A DNA stretch of 64,000 nucleotides from an archaeon (GCA_021107635.1 JAIOSL010000038.1:3512-67511); one strand, 5' to 3'. Positions 36,401 to 48,100 are shown, counted from the first letter of the stretch. A program made the numbers and translations. Notes: a model not told the origin generated them from the letters alone.

Positions 36401-39400
36401 ACAGGAGGAGAAGAACAATACGCAGAAAACCACTGGGGCACATTTGACATAGAAGAAGAAACCATCCCAACAAACAACAAAAAATTCAAACTAACCTTCC
36501 AATTCCAAAACACTGACACCATTGCAAAAACAGGAAAAATGATACTAGACGCAAAAGACAAAAGCCTAAGCTTCACAGGAGTAACCCAAAACGGAGCATT
36601 CTCAACAGGCACTCAAACCTACATACAAGACATAGAATTTGAAATACCTCCAGACGGAAGCGAAGTAATCATAGAAGGAACAGGCACCACCCAAACCACA
36701 AACGACATGGACATCTACATCTACGAACTAGGCACACTCAGACCCAAAGAACCATGGACTTCCATCCAATACGGCAGAATAGACTACACAGCAAGCATAA
36801 AAACATACAAAGAAGGCGGCCTACTACAAGAACCAAGCCAAGGAGCAGACGAAATCAGAGTATGGGCATACAAAGAACACGACGGAACAGAAAGCAATCT
36901 AGAAGGAGGAACAATCACTGGAGACCAAGTACAACTAGCATATCCAGGCACCAACCCAGTAGCCTACCTAAAAGAAGACCAATACTACCAACACATGATA
37001 GCCTGGGACAAACCCCTAAAAGAAACACTAAAAGCAACCCTTCTAAGCGACAAATTCGGTAAAATAATAATAGAAAAAGACGTCTCCTACCTAACATTCA
37101 ACCCAAACCCAGGAAGCGCAATAAAAACATTCACAGGAGTCTCACTCAACCCACCACAAACCAAAAGCAAAGAAATAACCCTCACAAGCTACTACGACAA
37201 AGCCATAGGAATAAACATCGGCAAAATAGAACGCATTGGATGGGAAATAACAATTAAAGCCACCACAAGAATGAAAGAAAGCGAAATATCAGGAAGTTAC
37301 GTAGACAAAGAAACCAGAGAAAACCCCTCAAGCATGATGATACCATCAAGAGGCCAACTAATAATAGAAGTCACCGCCACACCAACATCTACAGAATGCA
37401 GAGGAGAAGACTGGTACAACGGAAACGAACTCCTAGAAATAGAAGTAGACGAACTCAAAGAACCAATAGTCTATGCATTTACCCTCGACTGCACCATCCA
37501 AGGTACACCAGACATAGGCTTCCCAGGAGAACAAACATACATAGTCAGATCAGACGTAAACCCATCAAGCATAACTCACTATGACTGTTTCAACAACACG
37601 CACGAAAACCAAAAAGAAACAGCATACATCTGCGACGCAGAACAACTAGGCGCAGCACTGCTTGATGGAGCTCAAAACTTATACAGCGACCCATACACAT
37701 ACGAAACAACATTTAATTATGCACTAGGAAAAGACCGCCTAGACTACAACGTTCTATCAAAAGTACTTGAAAAACATGCAAACAGATGGACAATGGACCA
37801 CGTATACTCAAGAGAATCACTAGCAAAAGAAACAGACACCATGGACATAATTCTAGAAGATAGTATTGAATGTGGAATAACCAAAGTAAAACTAGAAAAA
37901 GTCAATTTTGACCAAGACATAAAAATCACAGTACTCAACACAGAAAATAAAGGACGCTGGTGCGAAAACACAGGTCAATCCTATATGATAGGACTACTAA
38001 ACTATGACCAAAACATTAGACCAGACAATGGACAATACTACTCCTTTGAAGGCACACAAGCAGAACGCATTCCAAAAGCAATACAATACGCTCAAACCAA
38101 AGGAAACAACATAACAATTTCCAGCCTACTAGCATACGACGCTACAGGAATAGAACCATCATCAATTGGACTCTCTCCTACTCGACTAGGAGGAACACCC
38201 CAAACATTCCTAAAATACATGGACTGTGAAATGCACGATACAACACAATGCCCAACATTCGCAATAAACGAATTCACAGGACTAAGAAAAGAATGTGAAA
38301 CAGACGGAGACTGCGGAGACCAGAATTGTATTAATGGCATATGTGCCACACCCTGTTCAGATAACACTGAATGCACAACCGGAGAAACATGCAACGGAGA
38401 ATACTGCATAACCAACGAACAAGTAACCGGAAAAGACACATCAGAAGAAGCACTAAAAGACGCATACCCAATAATAGGCTACTTCGACATAGACACCAAA
38501 GACAACATAAACCTAGGACTAATCTATGACCAAAGCAGAATAACAACAGAACAACTAGACCAATACAGAGCACTCTTCATGACAAGAATAACCCAATACG
38601 CAACCACTGGAATCGAACAAGGACAAGAAACAGCATACGGATGGTACAGCGGCTCAACAAACACCAGAATGATCTACGTTCCAACACTAGACACACACAA
38701 AGATGAAACAATAGACCTAAGCTCAATGGACATAAACGTCTACATATACTACTACGAATACAATGAAGAAGAAGACCCAATCAAAAACACTAAAATAGCA
38801 GGAGACAACAACATCTTCGTAACAATCGAAATGAATGAAAGGCCACAATACTGCATGATTGGCGACCTAATGCCCAATGGCACGATACTCTACAAAGAAC
38901 CAGAAACATCTCAAAAAGACGAAGTAGTAGACAACCCCGATCTAAGAAGACCCTATGCAATCAACAGCGAATGGGAACTACTAGGAAAAGACGGAAGAAA
39001 ACGAGTAGCAGCATACTGCGTAGACCAAAAAGGAATCACATCCAAAATTGCAATAGCAGAAATAAGACTAGACACAAGCGGCGTTGAATTCGCAAGCAGA
39101 AAACCAGAAAGAATAGCAATGTACAAACCCATGCTATTCAAAGACAACATGCCCTTCCTAGTAAGAAGCAAATACGCAGACGTCACACAATGCTGGATAA
39201 GTCTCAAAGGCAGCCCAACAGAAGGAGAAACAGACTATGAACCAAACAGACCCAGAGATGGATCAGGAAGCCTATGCTGGAACGACAAAGATGACAACAA
39301 AGGCAACCAAAGCATTCCAGAAAAATACAGAAAAGAAGACGGATGCTGTACGATCACCAAAAAAGAAGACTCCAGCTCAGGAGAACACCACTACTTTAAC

Positions 39401-42103
39401 TTATGGGAAGTCGAATGCAACAGCCCGACAATAGAAAAAGTCAATGAGGATATACCAGTCGAATTCTGGTGTGCAACAAACCTAAACCACAAAGTAATGT
39501 TAGCAGACTTTAGCATGTACAGATGGGACACAGAAAAGCCAGTATTCCCAATGCCAAGACACTTCACCCTCTCAGTAAACGGCACAGCACAATCAAGACC
39601 AATAGGAACAGTCACAACAAACACCTACAACAAAGGAGGAATAGGACTATTCTTCAACGAAGAAATCGTCTGGAAAACAAATACCACAGGAGAACTGGAA
39701 ACATATGAACCACTTAATGCAAGCGTTAATGCAGAAAAAATAACAGAAAAAGGACTATGGCTAAAATACTCTGAAGAAAACACAGCAATACTACACGACG
39801 CCAGAGACGAAAATGGCTACAAAGAATTCGAGCTAGTCAGAAAAAGCGAAAAAAGATATGACTTTAAATTCATAGCAACAGACAGCGATGGAGTAGAAGC
39901 TTGCACAGCAGAAAGCGGACTACAAGGAGAAACACACCCATACATAACATCCTGTGAAAGAACACACGCTGGAGACACCACTAAAGTAATAGTCAACTGC
40001 TCAATAGAACTGAAAGAAGGACCTAATGAAGTAAACATCTCCTGCAGAGATACCATCGGCAAAAGCGTAAACTATACTCTAAACATACTCCTAGATGAAA
40101 CACCCCCACAAGTTGACTGGAATAGTATTGCCATGACAGAAATGGGAGGAATGGTATCAGAAGACGAAAGAGAGATGATTCCGGAAATAACCTTTACAGT
40201 AAATGATACACACTCGGACGTAGAACAATGCACAGTAACAGTAGACAGCGTACTCAAAGGACTAAAATCAAGATTTTACAAGTGTACCCTAACAGATAAC
40301 CCAGACGGAAAAAACAAAAACGCAGTATGCAGACCAGAAGGAGAAATATTCTTACCTTTGCTTCTTATGAGCATAGAAGAAAACTCAGTGACAGTAAATT
40401 GTACCGACGAAGTACAAAATCTGTTCAGTGGAACTCCAATAGATGAAAGAGGAGACCCAAGAAATTTCATAGGAGAAGCATCCAGACCGATAGAAGCAAT
40501 GCCAGCAGACATAGTAAAAATGTGCGAAGTACTAAGATATGGAGCAACCCAAGACAAAATATCCTCACTAGGCTTCTCTGACCAATCAGAAGACCTAGAT
40601 GGAGTGAAAGAACTCAAAGACGACATAATAAACCAAATAGACGAAGACGGAATCTACTTTGACATGTTCTATTGTGGTGCAGACACATGCGGACAAAAAA
40701 CTAATATAACAAAAATAGAACTAGACGAGGTGTCTCACATAGTAGGAGAACAAACAAAAGAATTCAAAGTACCAATGCACGCAGAATGCCTGACAGAAGC
40801 AGCATGCGACATAGCAATAACCATACTCACCCTAGGAACAGGAAAAGTAGCACAAGCAGCTCCAAAAGCATCAAAGGCAGCTATAGCCACGGGACGTACT
40901 GCCAGAGTCCTACAAAGATTTAAACACACTCTGAAATGGATGAAACAAACAAAACTCAGTATGCTGTTCAGTAGAAGCGCGATAATACAGAAAGTAGGAA
41001 AAACAGGAAAATTAACAAAAGGCTTAGGAGGACTATCAAAGACTGCAAAGGCATGGAGCCCATTACTAAGACTAACCACAGCATATTTAGGTAAAGGAGC
41101 AACAGAAGCCCTTGGAGCAGCATACTTCAACACAGGAGCAAGCTACATGAAAGCATCATACAGCAAAATAAAAACCCCAAGCGAATGCCAACAACACCCA
41201 GGAGGAAGCATAGCAGATATAGCAGTAGATACAGTATGGCATATAGTTCCAGTACTGCCCACGCTTGCTAAAATGGCAACAGGAGACGAATTTGAAGCAC
41301 ACATATGTGCAGCAGGCAAAACAATACCCGCAGATCGCTACTACACAATCTTTGCAAAACCAGTAGCAAAAGACTCTTCCGCGGCAGGGGTTGCAGGAGC
41401 AGCATTCTCAGTATGCTTCGACTCATGTGATGACTTTGAATGTCAAGTAGTAATAGGAGAACACCCAATGCGAGAAGAAATAATAGACTTGATAAATCAA
41501 GAGATAGAGGAAGTCGAAGATGTTGAAGAAGAAGGCTGCCTAGTAAACGGCAAAGAAGATTCTGACTGTGATGGAACACCGGATGATACAGACAATTGCG
41601 TTGATGTTCCAAACGTACAGGTAAACTCAGACACAGACAAGTACGGAGACGCATGCGACAACTGCCCAGAAACCAGCAATGAAGACCAAGCAGACACAGA
41701 TGGAGATGATGTCGGGGATGTATGCGACAACTGTAAAGATGCAATCAATCCAGGACAAGTAAACTCAGATGGAGACACTCACGGAGACCTTTGTGACAAT
41801 TGTCCAGAAACCGACAATGAAGACCAAGCAGACACAGATGGAGACGGAGTAGGAGACGCATGCGACAACTGTAAAACAACCAAAAACTACTTCCAACTAG
41901 ATAATGACAACGACACATACGGAAACGCGTGTGATGGAGACATTGATGGAGATGGAACGCCCAACGAAGACGAAACAGGAGACGATGATGACCTAGATGG
42001 AGACGGAGAAAAGAACAAAGATGATCCAGACGATGACGATGATGCAGAACTAGACGAAGACGACAATACCCCATACGGGCCGACAACAACAACGGGACTC
42101 TAA
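33470..42103 (+). CDS. Giant surface protein (2877 aa): N-terminal anchor module, beta-sandwich (CarboxypepD_reg-like) repeats, C-terminal thrombospondin type-3 repeats and poly-acidic tail
   Basis: 8.6-kb uninterrupted ORF behind GAGGGG SD; TM LPLFVGLVILLIGLAWYYM near residue 43-61; motifs like GGVRIKLIKNGKTYTETTTSSSGEAYLTGILAGSYTL; C-term DNCPETxNEDQADTDGDxVGDxCDNC. Confidence 0.9.
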   Translation: MGLDETYAKLEDKYYAFLDGLEKKGIPIYSIVDPIEHAGIPSLPLFVGLVILLIGLAWYYMMPSVGGMQDVTFVITSQADGKFLDGATITAKLEGNEIATATTIQGQATLRNVPSDSEIDLIINKPGCTEYRTTVTPSLKNELKISMQCGGGGGLEGCLEISSDMEQTFLKDENGNPPESCEIRIYDPIDPLTTINHGWLIVDGALYVDDITEATCPSNINAHKVEITCKNSKYESTVSALLDKIKTENELILETISIEPTQQNATSDVLREIIVHIESMDGNPLEGIIVKAVNAEAEPITSEFSNVILEYTTGSTGNTQLIIPDGQAFYIAVEDPKGVYRNKVGETEYIASLEMITREINLQMSKGAGTIVTVKESGTQDPITSAMVTIIDSSGKHAGFPQRTNSKGEASFVLYKGKEYSLEVRHAMYEPINQTVTGGTDITVFLETVDPTKTGSLAIKTIKAHGAKDRLGGVRIKLIKNGKTYTETTTSSSGEAYLTGILAGSYTLKLLPPGATNYQEGPTVDIQPQNTTEITIEVIPEQITLELTTLVRINGKDIPKKNVEVQLWDAYYEERIETKTSGIERKVTFQIDKCTEVYFVLAYTETEEPNAGKKYGPLTSTPEEYCTNKEIKDLILKEKPDQTELNLDIFTQTGEIEEELIPGTHYNAKLSVALPEYTPNVIYKQITVELFVGNDGYLARTDQTPLVIEDIDLTDISVQDPYITSLHTADEYHYGEPTPPENEEGNSKYLKVTIGKYTPGTYELSIPIYVRSLAEQGNTIISYRATWMKPDGGLVYSQSGNWDEKNITILPPSSSNYHELETGSFYAYKAWLTATKSPEPILNTSITKNAYFYLHIDAITRDDIAAWEVPLTTIPDIAEMITYDGTVYRASGMTTEIAATNITGDTLTNDNNIYNLEKDDKVSLTITLKAIGPGKASLITFNDIRHTLSFAVSEIPALQKETLISGITATLQAQAHFTGGEEQYAENHWGTFDIEEETIPTNNKKFKLTFQFQNTDTIAKTGKMILDAKDKSLSFTGVTQNGAFSTGTQTYIQDIEFEIPPDGSEVIIEGTGTTQTTNDMDIYIYELGTLRPKEPWTSIQYGRIDYTASIKTYKEGGLLQEPSQGADEIRVWAYKEHDGTESNLEGGTITGDQVQLAYPGTNPVAYLKEDQYYQHMIAWDKPLKETLKATLLSDKFGKIIIEKDVSYLTFNPNPGSAIKTFTGVSLNPPQTKSKEITLTSYYDKAIGINIGKIERIGWEITIKATTRMKESEISGSYVDKETRENPSSMMIPSRGQLIIEVTATPTSTECRGEDWYNGNELLEIEVDELKEPIVYAFTLDCTIQGTPDIGFPGEQTYIVRSDVNPSSITHYDCFNNTHENQKETAYICDAEQLGAALLDGAQNLYSDPYTYETTFNYALGKDRLDYNVLSKVLEKHANRWTMDHVYSRESLAKETDTMDIILEDSIECGITKVKLEKVNFDQDIKITVLNTENKGRWCENTGQSYMIGLLNYDQNIRPDNGQYYSFEGTQAERIPKAIQYAQTKGNNITISSLLAYDATGIEPSSIGLSPTRLGGTPQTFLKYMDCEMHDTTQCPTFAINEFTGLRKECETDGDCGDQNCINGICATPCSDNTECTTGETCNGEYCITNEQVTGKDTSEEALKDAYPIIGYFDIDTKDNINLGLIYDQSRITTEQLDQYRALFMTRITQYATTGIEQGQETAYGWYSGSTNTRMIYVPTLDTHKDETIDLSSMDINVYIYYYEYNEEEDPIKNTKIAGDNNIFVTIEMNERPQYCMIGDLMPNGTILYKEPETSQKDEVVDNPDLRRPYAINSEWELLGKDGRKRVAAYCVDQKGITSKIAIAEIRLDTSGVEFASRKPERIAMYKPMLFKDNMPFLVRSKYADVTQCWISLKGSPTEGETDYEPNRPRDGSGSLCWNDKDDNKGNQSIPEKYRKEDGCCTITKKEDSSSGEHHYFNLWEVECNSPTIEKVNEDIPVEFWCATNLNHKVMLADFSMYRWDTEKPVFPMPRHFTLSVNGTAQSRPIGTVTTNTYNKGGIGLFFNEEIVWKTNTTGELETYEPLNASVNAEKITEKGLWLKYSEENTAILHDARDENGYKEFELVRKSEKRYDFKFIATDSDGVEACTAESGLQGETHPYITSCERTHAGDTTKVIVNCSIELKEGPNEVNISCRDTIGKSVNYTLNILLDETPPQVDWNSIAMTEMGGMVSEDEREMIPEITFTVNDTHSDVEQCTVTVDSVLKGLKSRFYKCTLTDNPDGKNKNAVCRPEGEIFLPLLLMSIEENSVTVNCTDEVQNLFSGTPIDERGDPRNFIGEASRPIEAMPADIVKMCEVLRYGATQDKISSLGFSDQSEDLDGVKELKDDIINQIDEDGIYFDMFYCGADTCGQKTNITKIELDEVSHIVGEQTKEFKVPMHAECLTEAACDIAITILTLGTGKVAQAAPKASKAAIATGRTARVLQRFKHTLKWMKQTKLSMLFSRSAIIQKVGKTGKLTKGLGGLSKTAKAWSPLLRLTTAYLGKGATEALGAAYFNTGASYMKASYSKIKTPSECQQHPGGSIADIAVDTVWHIVPVLPTLAKMATGDEFEAHICAAGKTIPADRYYTIFAKPVAKDSSAAGVAGAAFSVCFDSCDDFECQVVIGEHPMREEIIDLINQEIEEVEDVEEEGCLVNGKEDSDCDGTPDDTDNCVDVPNVQVNSDTDKYGDACDNCPETSNEDQADTDGDDVGDVCDNCKDAINPGQVNSDGDTHGDLCDNCPETDNEDQADTDGDGVGDACDNCKTTKNYFQLDNDNDTYGNACDGDIDGDGTPNEDETGDDDDLDGDGEKNKDDPDDDDDAELDEDDNTPYGPTTTTGL
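41621..41896 (+). repeat. Tandem 2 x 138-bp (46-codon) duplication inside the TSP3 region
   Basis: 41621-41758 and 41759-41896 both read GTAAACTCAGA..GACAA(C/T)TG(C/T)CCAGAAACC..AATGAAGACCAAGCAGACACAGATGGAGA..TGCGACAACTGTAAA. Confidence 0.8.
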
Positions 42104-42113
42104 AGATACAATT

Positions 42114-42149
42114 AGCGCGCTCCAAAAGCGCGCGCTCTCTTCTTTTTTT
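42114..42149 (+). terminator. GC-rich hairpin plus T7 tract after the 2877-aa gene
   Basis: AGCGCGC (42114-42120) pairs with GCGCGCT (42130-42136); TTTTTTT at 42143-42149; conspicuous in AT-rich context. Confidence 0.55.
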
Positions 42150-42188
42150 GTAGTAAAGATTAAATAAATCCTCTTCTTATCTTAGAGT

Positions 42189-45100
42189 ATGCCGGTCAAA
42201 GACTATTATTATGAAATAGAGGACCAATATTACTCTCTTCTCGACAAACTTGATGAAAAAGGGATACCCGTTTACAACTTAGTGGATCCCCTCGAGGAAA
42301 GAGGAATCCCTACATTCCCACTACTGATAGGATTAGTCCTACTACTATTGCTATTGTTCATATACTTCCTGGTAGGTGGGTTCGGACAAAGCTTAACCAT
42401 TGACTTAATGGGAAACAGTATAGGCACCTTTGACCTGCCAACAATACATAATGTTTTAGGCGGAACACTTCCGTGGATAGATGATATCATTCCTGTTCTA
42501 AACATTGGAGACGAAATAACAATTAAAGTAAATGTAAATAGTAATGATGCTCCATTAGAAGGAGCTAAAGTAAGTGTAGTACAAGGCGGTTGGGCTAGAA
42601 CAGAAACCACAGGAACAGACGGAAAAGTAGAATTCAAAAGAGTTCCACGAGGAGAAGCCACAGTTACAGCAAAAAAAGAGAACTGCAGCAAAGAAACCAA
42701 AACAATAAACGAAACCGGCGAGATTACCTTTAATCTAAAATGTGGACTCTCCTGGCCTGGTGTAGAAGGATGTATGGAAATAGATGAAACTCTTTACAAA
42801 GCTAACTTAGTAGGAACAGATAACAAGAGACCAGAACAATGCACGCTAGCGATATACGACAATCAAACAAAAACAGTCAACCTTGACTGGAGAATAGACC
42901 CAATAAAGAATATTCTGTATATAGACCCAAGCGAATGTGTAATATCAGATTATGTTGTTGTAATAGATTGTCTAGCACACGAAAGAAGAGACCAAGCTAG
43001 AATCATAATAATAGAAATGGATGGAATTGGAGACGTCAGACTAAATCCAAAAGACACAAACCCAACAGACTGTCCACCAGGAGAACAATGGGACGACGCT
43101 CTACTAGAATGTGTACCCATAACCAACCCCTGCGGAGACAATGAAATATGGAACGAAGAACTCCAAGAATGCATTCCGATAATACCAGACGATGAAGTAG
43201 CAATATACATAGTAGTGAACGACACTAACGGAGACTACCTAAGCGGGATAACAGTAAAAGCAATAGATTCAACCGGAGCAGAAATCACTGAAGGGACAAC
43301 TCAAGACGTAACCGGAACAGCAGGTACAGCTACGCTCTCACTCAAAGAAAACCAAAACTTTAGGATAACAGCAGAAGACCCAAAAGGAGACTATTCTACG
43401 ATAACCACAGGAGAATACGTTGCAGACGAAACCCAAACAATAACAATAACAATGGAAGCAGGCGCACAAACCACGATAAGAGTAATAGACAAAGAAGACA
43501 AAAGCAGAATAAGCGGAGCAGTAGTATGGCTCTATGAAATACCACACACAGAAGTAACTAACACCAATGGAGAAGTAGAACTCACCCTACCAGCAAGCGA
43601 AACATTCAAAGTACAAGTATACAAAAATTACAGTCCATACATTGGAATAGAAAGTTCCGTTAACTCAGGTGAAGTCAACATAATTGAACTAGAAAAAGTA
43701 CTTCCAATAATGAGCGGTAACCTAACACTAACCGCAAAAAATTATCACGATCACGAAGAAACAATGGAAGGAGTAACATTTAAAGTGACAACAAAAATTG
43801 GAAACGTCACCCAAAAATCATGCATCACTGACTCAAACGGAGAATGTTACATGCCATTCCTAGAAAAAGGAGATTATAACGTATATGCCACGCCAAGAAT
43901 GGGAGAAAGTCAACACGCAGGAGATGTAACAATAGTAGCAGGAACAACAACAGAAAAAACATTCTATGTTAAACCAGCAACAACCCTGCTAAAAATCTGG
44001 GTAAAACACGGCAACAACCCATACACACCAAACGCAATGGTCTCAATACTAACAGAAAACCAGTTCAACGAATGGGAAATAATGCCAGGAATGTCAGGAG
44101 AAACAGATGGATACGGCTACAAAGAATTTGAAATTCCAAAAAATACTAAAATAAAAGTAAAAGGAACCCACGACGAAAGCGGAACACACTACTCAGCAAT
44201 ATGGGGACCACAAACAATAACAGAAAGCGAAAAAGAAATAACCCTAGAACTCAAAAAAACAGAAGTCGCAATAAGCTTCTCCCCAGAAATGGAACTAACC
44301 CCAAAAGACACTAAAACAGGAAACCTCTACTTTGGCCTACCATACGTAGACGAAGTAACACAAACAAAATACGACACAATACTAATAGAACTATGGGTAG
44401 GAAGCGACGGAGAAGCAACAGACCCAATAGCAACACCAATACTCATAAATGGATTCAACTCCAACAGCCTAGAACAAGACGACGTAAGCGTACTACGCTG
44501 CAGTAAATATCCATGCTCAAGCAGTTCCTGCTGCAACATAGGAGACGGAGAACAATTCAAATACCTAAAACTTGAAATCCAAAACACAGACGAATTCTAT
44601 GAAGACATCGGAACAGCATCCATCGAACTAGAACTCTATGCAAAAGAAATCCTTTCAACAGACCACACATACGTCAACATGAAAGGAACCTGGACTTCAA
44701 CCGCAGGAGACAGAACATCAGAAAACAAAACACTCATAAACCTAACAAGCGGAAGCCCCTGGACACCCCACCCACCACCAGGAGAGGGATTCACAGGACA
44801 CAGAGCAGGATACACAGAAGACCCATTCCAAGAAAAACCATGGTCACCACAATGGAGCACATACAACGGAAGCAACTTCTACCTAATGATAGACGCAGTA
44901 GCAGCAGGAGACATGAGCACATACCAAATCAAAATAGAAGACCAACCAGACGCAAAATCCTACCTAATGATAAACAACTACAACATCTCAATCACAAAAC
45001 AAGACGGCACACAACTATCCGAATCCAAAAAAACACTCAACCAAAAACTTCCAACAGGAGGCTACAACATAAATCCAGTAGCAGACCTAGGAAACTACTA

Positions 45101-48100
45101 CGCACTAGAAATGGAAGACACACTCCACCTAAAAATAGAACTTCAAGCCATCGCACCAACAGAAGGACAATACTACGAAACATACATTTTCGAAGACTAT
45201 GACGACCTGAAATTCAAAATAATAGAACTAGACGGAGAAAACAACGAAACAACAGAAGTAACCAACATAACCTCAAGCAACAGAGCCTGGCAAACATACA
45301 TCTGCGCGCCGCCAACATTCATACCTGGATGCGGATGGGGAACAATAAACGAAACCAAAATAGAACAAGGCTACCTTCTGCCAGTCTGGTCACAACAAGG
45401 TGCACGCAACTTCCAATTCAAATTCACATTAAACAACATTGGAGACCAAGACAAAGTACTAGACTTTGCTGCAACCGGAGCAATAACACTAGATTATATC
45501 CCACAAGATATAATAGTGCCTGCAGGAAGCTCAGTCAGCACATTCATTAACGGAACAGGCCTCGCTTCCACACAAGGAACACTTGAAATATCCATGGGAT
45601 TAGATGGAGGTACAATGAAACTATGGAAAACCGCAAACTTCGGTCAAGTAGACTATGAATATACACTATGGACAACCACAAGTATGATAGAACTAGAAGA
45701 AGAAGTTCTCACAAACATCGACTCACTAAAAGCAAAGCTATCCCGAAACGGAAACGCACTAGAAGACAACGCAATAAAAGTAGAATTCCAGTGCTGGGAA
45801 GGCGGAGACTACAACAACGTCAAAACACTATGGAGAGACAACGACTACTACAAATACGAAACCGCACTCCAACTAGAACCAGGAGAAAACGCGTGCATAC
45901 TCTTCGCAGAACACCCAGAAATCGGAAGCATGGGCAAATTCTACCACGTACAAGGAATGAAAATTGAACCAATTGGAAGTGATTTCCCACTACATACATT
46001 TAGTCAAGACTATCAAGAATACAGCATTGACATAGTAATGATTAATTCCTCATGGCTAGAACCTAAAAACTTTACGCTTGACACACTTGAATTCTTTGAA
46101 CTAACAGAAGCATACGACATGACAATACAAGTAGAAACATTCAATCAAGATGGAAGCACATATGACACAAAAAGCTCCACAACACCAATAACAGAAAACA
46201 TAACCATCCCAGAACAAGGAAGCGCACTCATAACATTAATAGCAACATATGATCCCCCTTCAGTAGGAAATGAACCATTATGCAGCCAAAGCGGCTTTGA
46301 CTTCAATGGAAACATTAAAATCACACCATACTCACAGCCAACAACACAATACAACTATAATTATAACTGTACTGCAGGAGGATCTGGAGGTGGATGGGGA
46401 GACTGTGAATGTGACAGAGATGGAGACACAATTACAACAGAATTAACTGCAGCAGATTCATCCGAAATACACACAGTAAACTTAATATCAAAAACAGAAG
46501 AAGACCTAGAAGTTACCATAGATTTCTCCGAAGACTCAGATGCCACATCTAAAGGCTACACGATGACACCAAGCATAAAAATATATAATTCTACAGATGA
46601 CTTAATTGAACAACAAACCGTCTCCCCTGGAACACCAATAATAGTAACACTCCCAGCTGAAGGGACCATTAAATTCCAACTAAATGCTTCAATAGACCCC
46701 CTAGAACAAGAAGGTAATGGTTGGACATGTGAAGGAGGGCTTGGTTGGTATGCATACAACATACTAACATTTACTCCAGAAGGAAACTCAGACAAAGAAG
46801 TATACTTCATACACACATGCAGCAAAACTGGAGGAAATGGAGGAGCTACAGGAGAATTAATACTCAGAGAAACACTCACTCCAACAGAAATTCTAGGCAC
46901 AGACTACGATTATTCTTGTGATTACATAGAAGATGTAAAAACAAGACTATGCGACGCAAAACAACTAGCAAATGCAATAAAAAGATTCAAACAAGACTAT
47001 GAAGAAGACATGCCCCTAAGCCTTACAGCAACATTTGCTTTCGGAGAAGACCATCTAGACAAACCAGACATGGAAAAAGCCACAGGAAACACAGTATCAT
47101 TTAATCCGGATAACCATCAAGCAGAATTAGTTTTTGACTTACAAGGTGCTACAGCAATAACCTGCGGAGTGATATCAGTAACGGCAACAAGACAAGCAGA
47201 AGGATACACTCTCCTAACAATAAACAATGACCAAAACAAACCATGGTGTGATTCAACCCCGAAAAAACCATACTTTTTCACAGGAACTGCAAACTATGAT
47301 GAAGGACTATCAACAGACAGCGAAAACACAAAATACATGAGATTTGAAGGAGATGACACAGAACTAACCTACTTCAAAAATGCAATGCTAACCTCAATAA
47401 ATGGCATTGAAATAGAAGATGTACTAGGATATCACTACAAAGGAGGAGCAGACCTAGAAAAACCAGGAACCACAATACCTCCAATCCACGTAATATACAA
47501 TGACCTAAACTGCACAGAAGAAGGAGACAGCGGCCCAAGAGATTATCTTGACTGTCCAAAACCAGATGGAACACCAGTAGATTTAGCTTGGCTGCAACAA
47601 GCATTCAGAGAACAAGGACACGAACTAGGAGGATACTATCATTATGTACAAGACAATGGAGTAGACAAATTTTACATAGGCCTTATATACTCCAGTGCTA
47701 CCCTAACAGAAAATAGTGATCTTAACCTAATGAGGAGACTGCTAGTAGGAAACCTTATGAGTCACTGGACAATAGGAAACAACTCATGCATACAAGACGA
47801 AGAAGAAGAACTCATACTAAGAGGCTCAACAACCTGTGGATACTGCTCTTCAGGAATATATGATGAGATACTCTTAGAAGAATACACTACTACAAAACCA
47901 AGCACAACAACACCAAAAGAGTCAGTAGGAAAATCACCAGACCATAACAGTATAGGAATACACCTAAAAGTTCATTTAGATGCAGGCAAATGCAAAATAT
48001 GGAACAAACAAAAAGAAACCAACGTCCAATGGATAACCCGCGGAGACGGAAACTGGAACAGCAATGAATTCACAGAAAACTTCCCAATAGACACAACAGG

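Noticed and set aside
41621-41896. Tandem DNA repeat considered as a CRISPR-like or satellite array.
   Set aside because: There are only two units. They are in-frame inside a giant ORF and encode TSP3-type Asp-rich repeats. No spacer structure is present.
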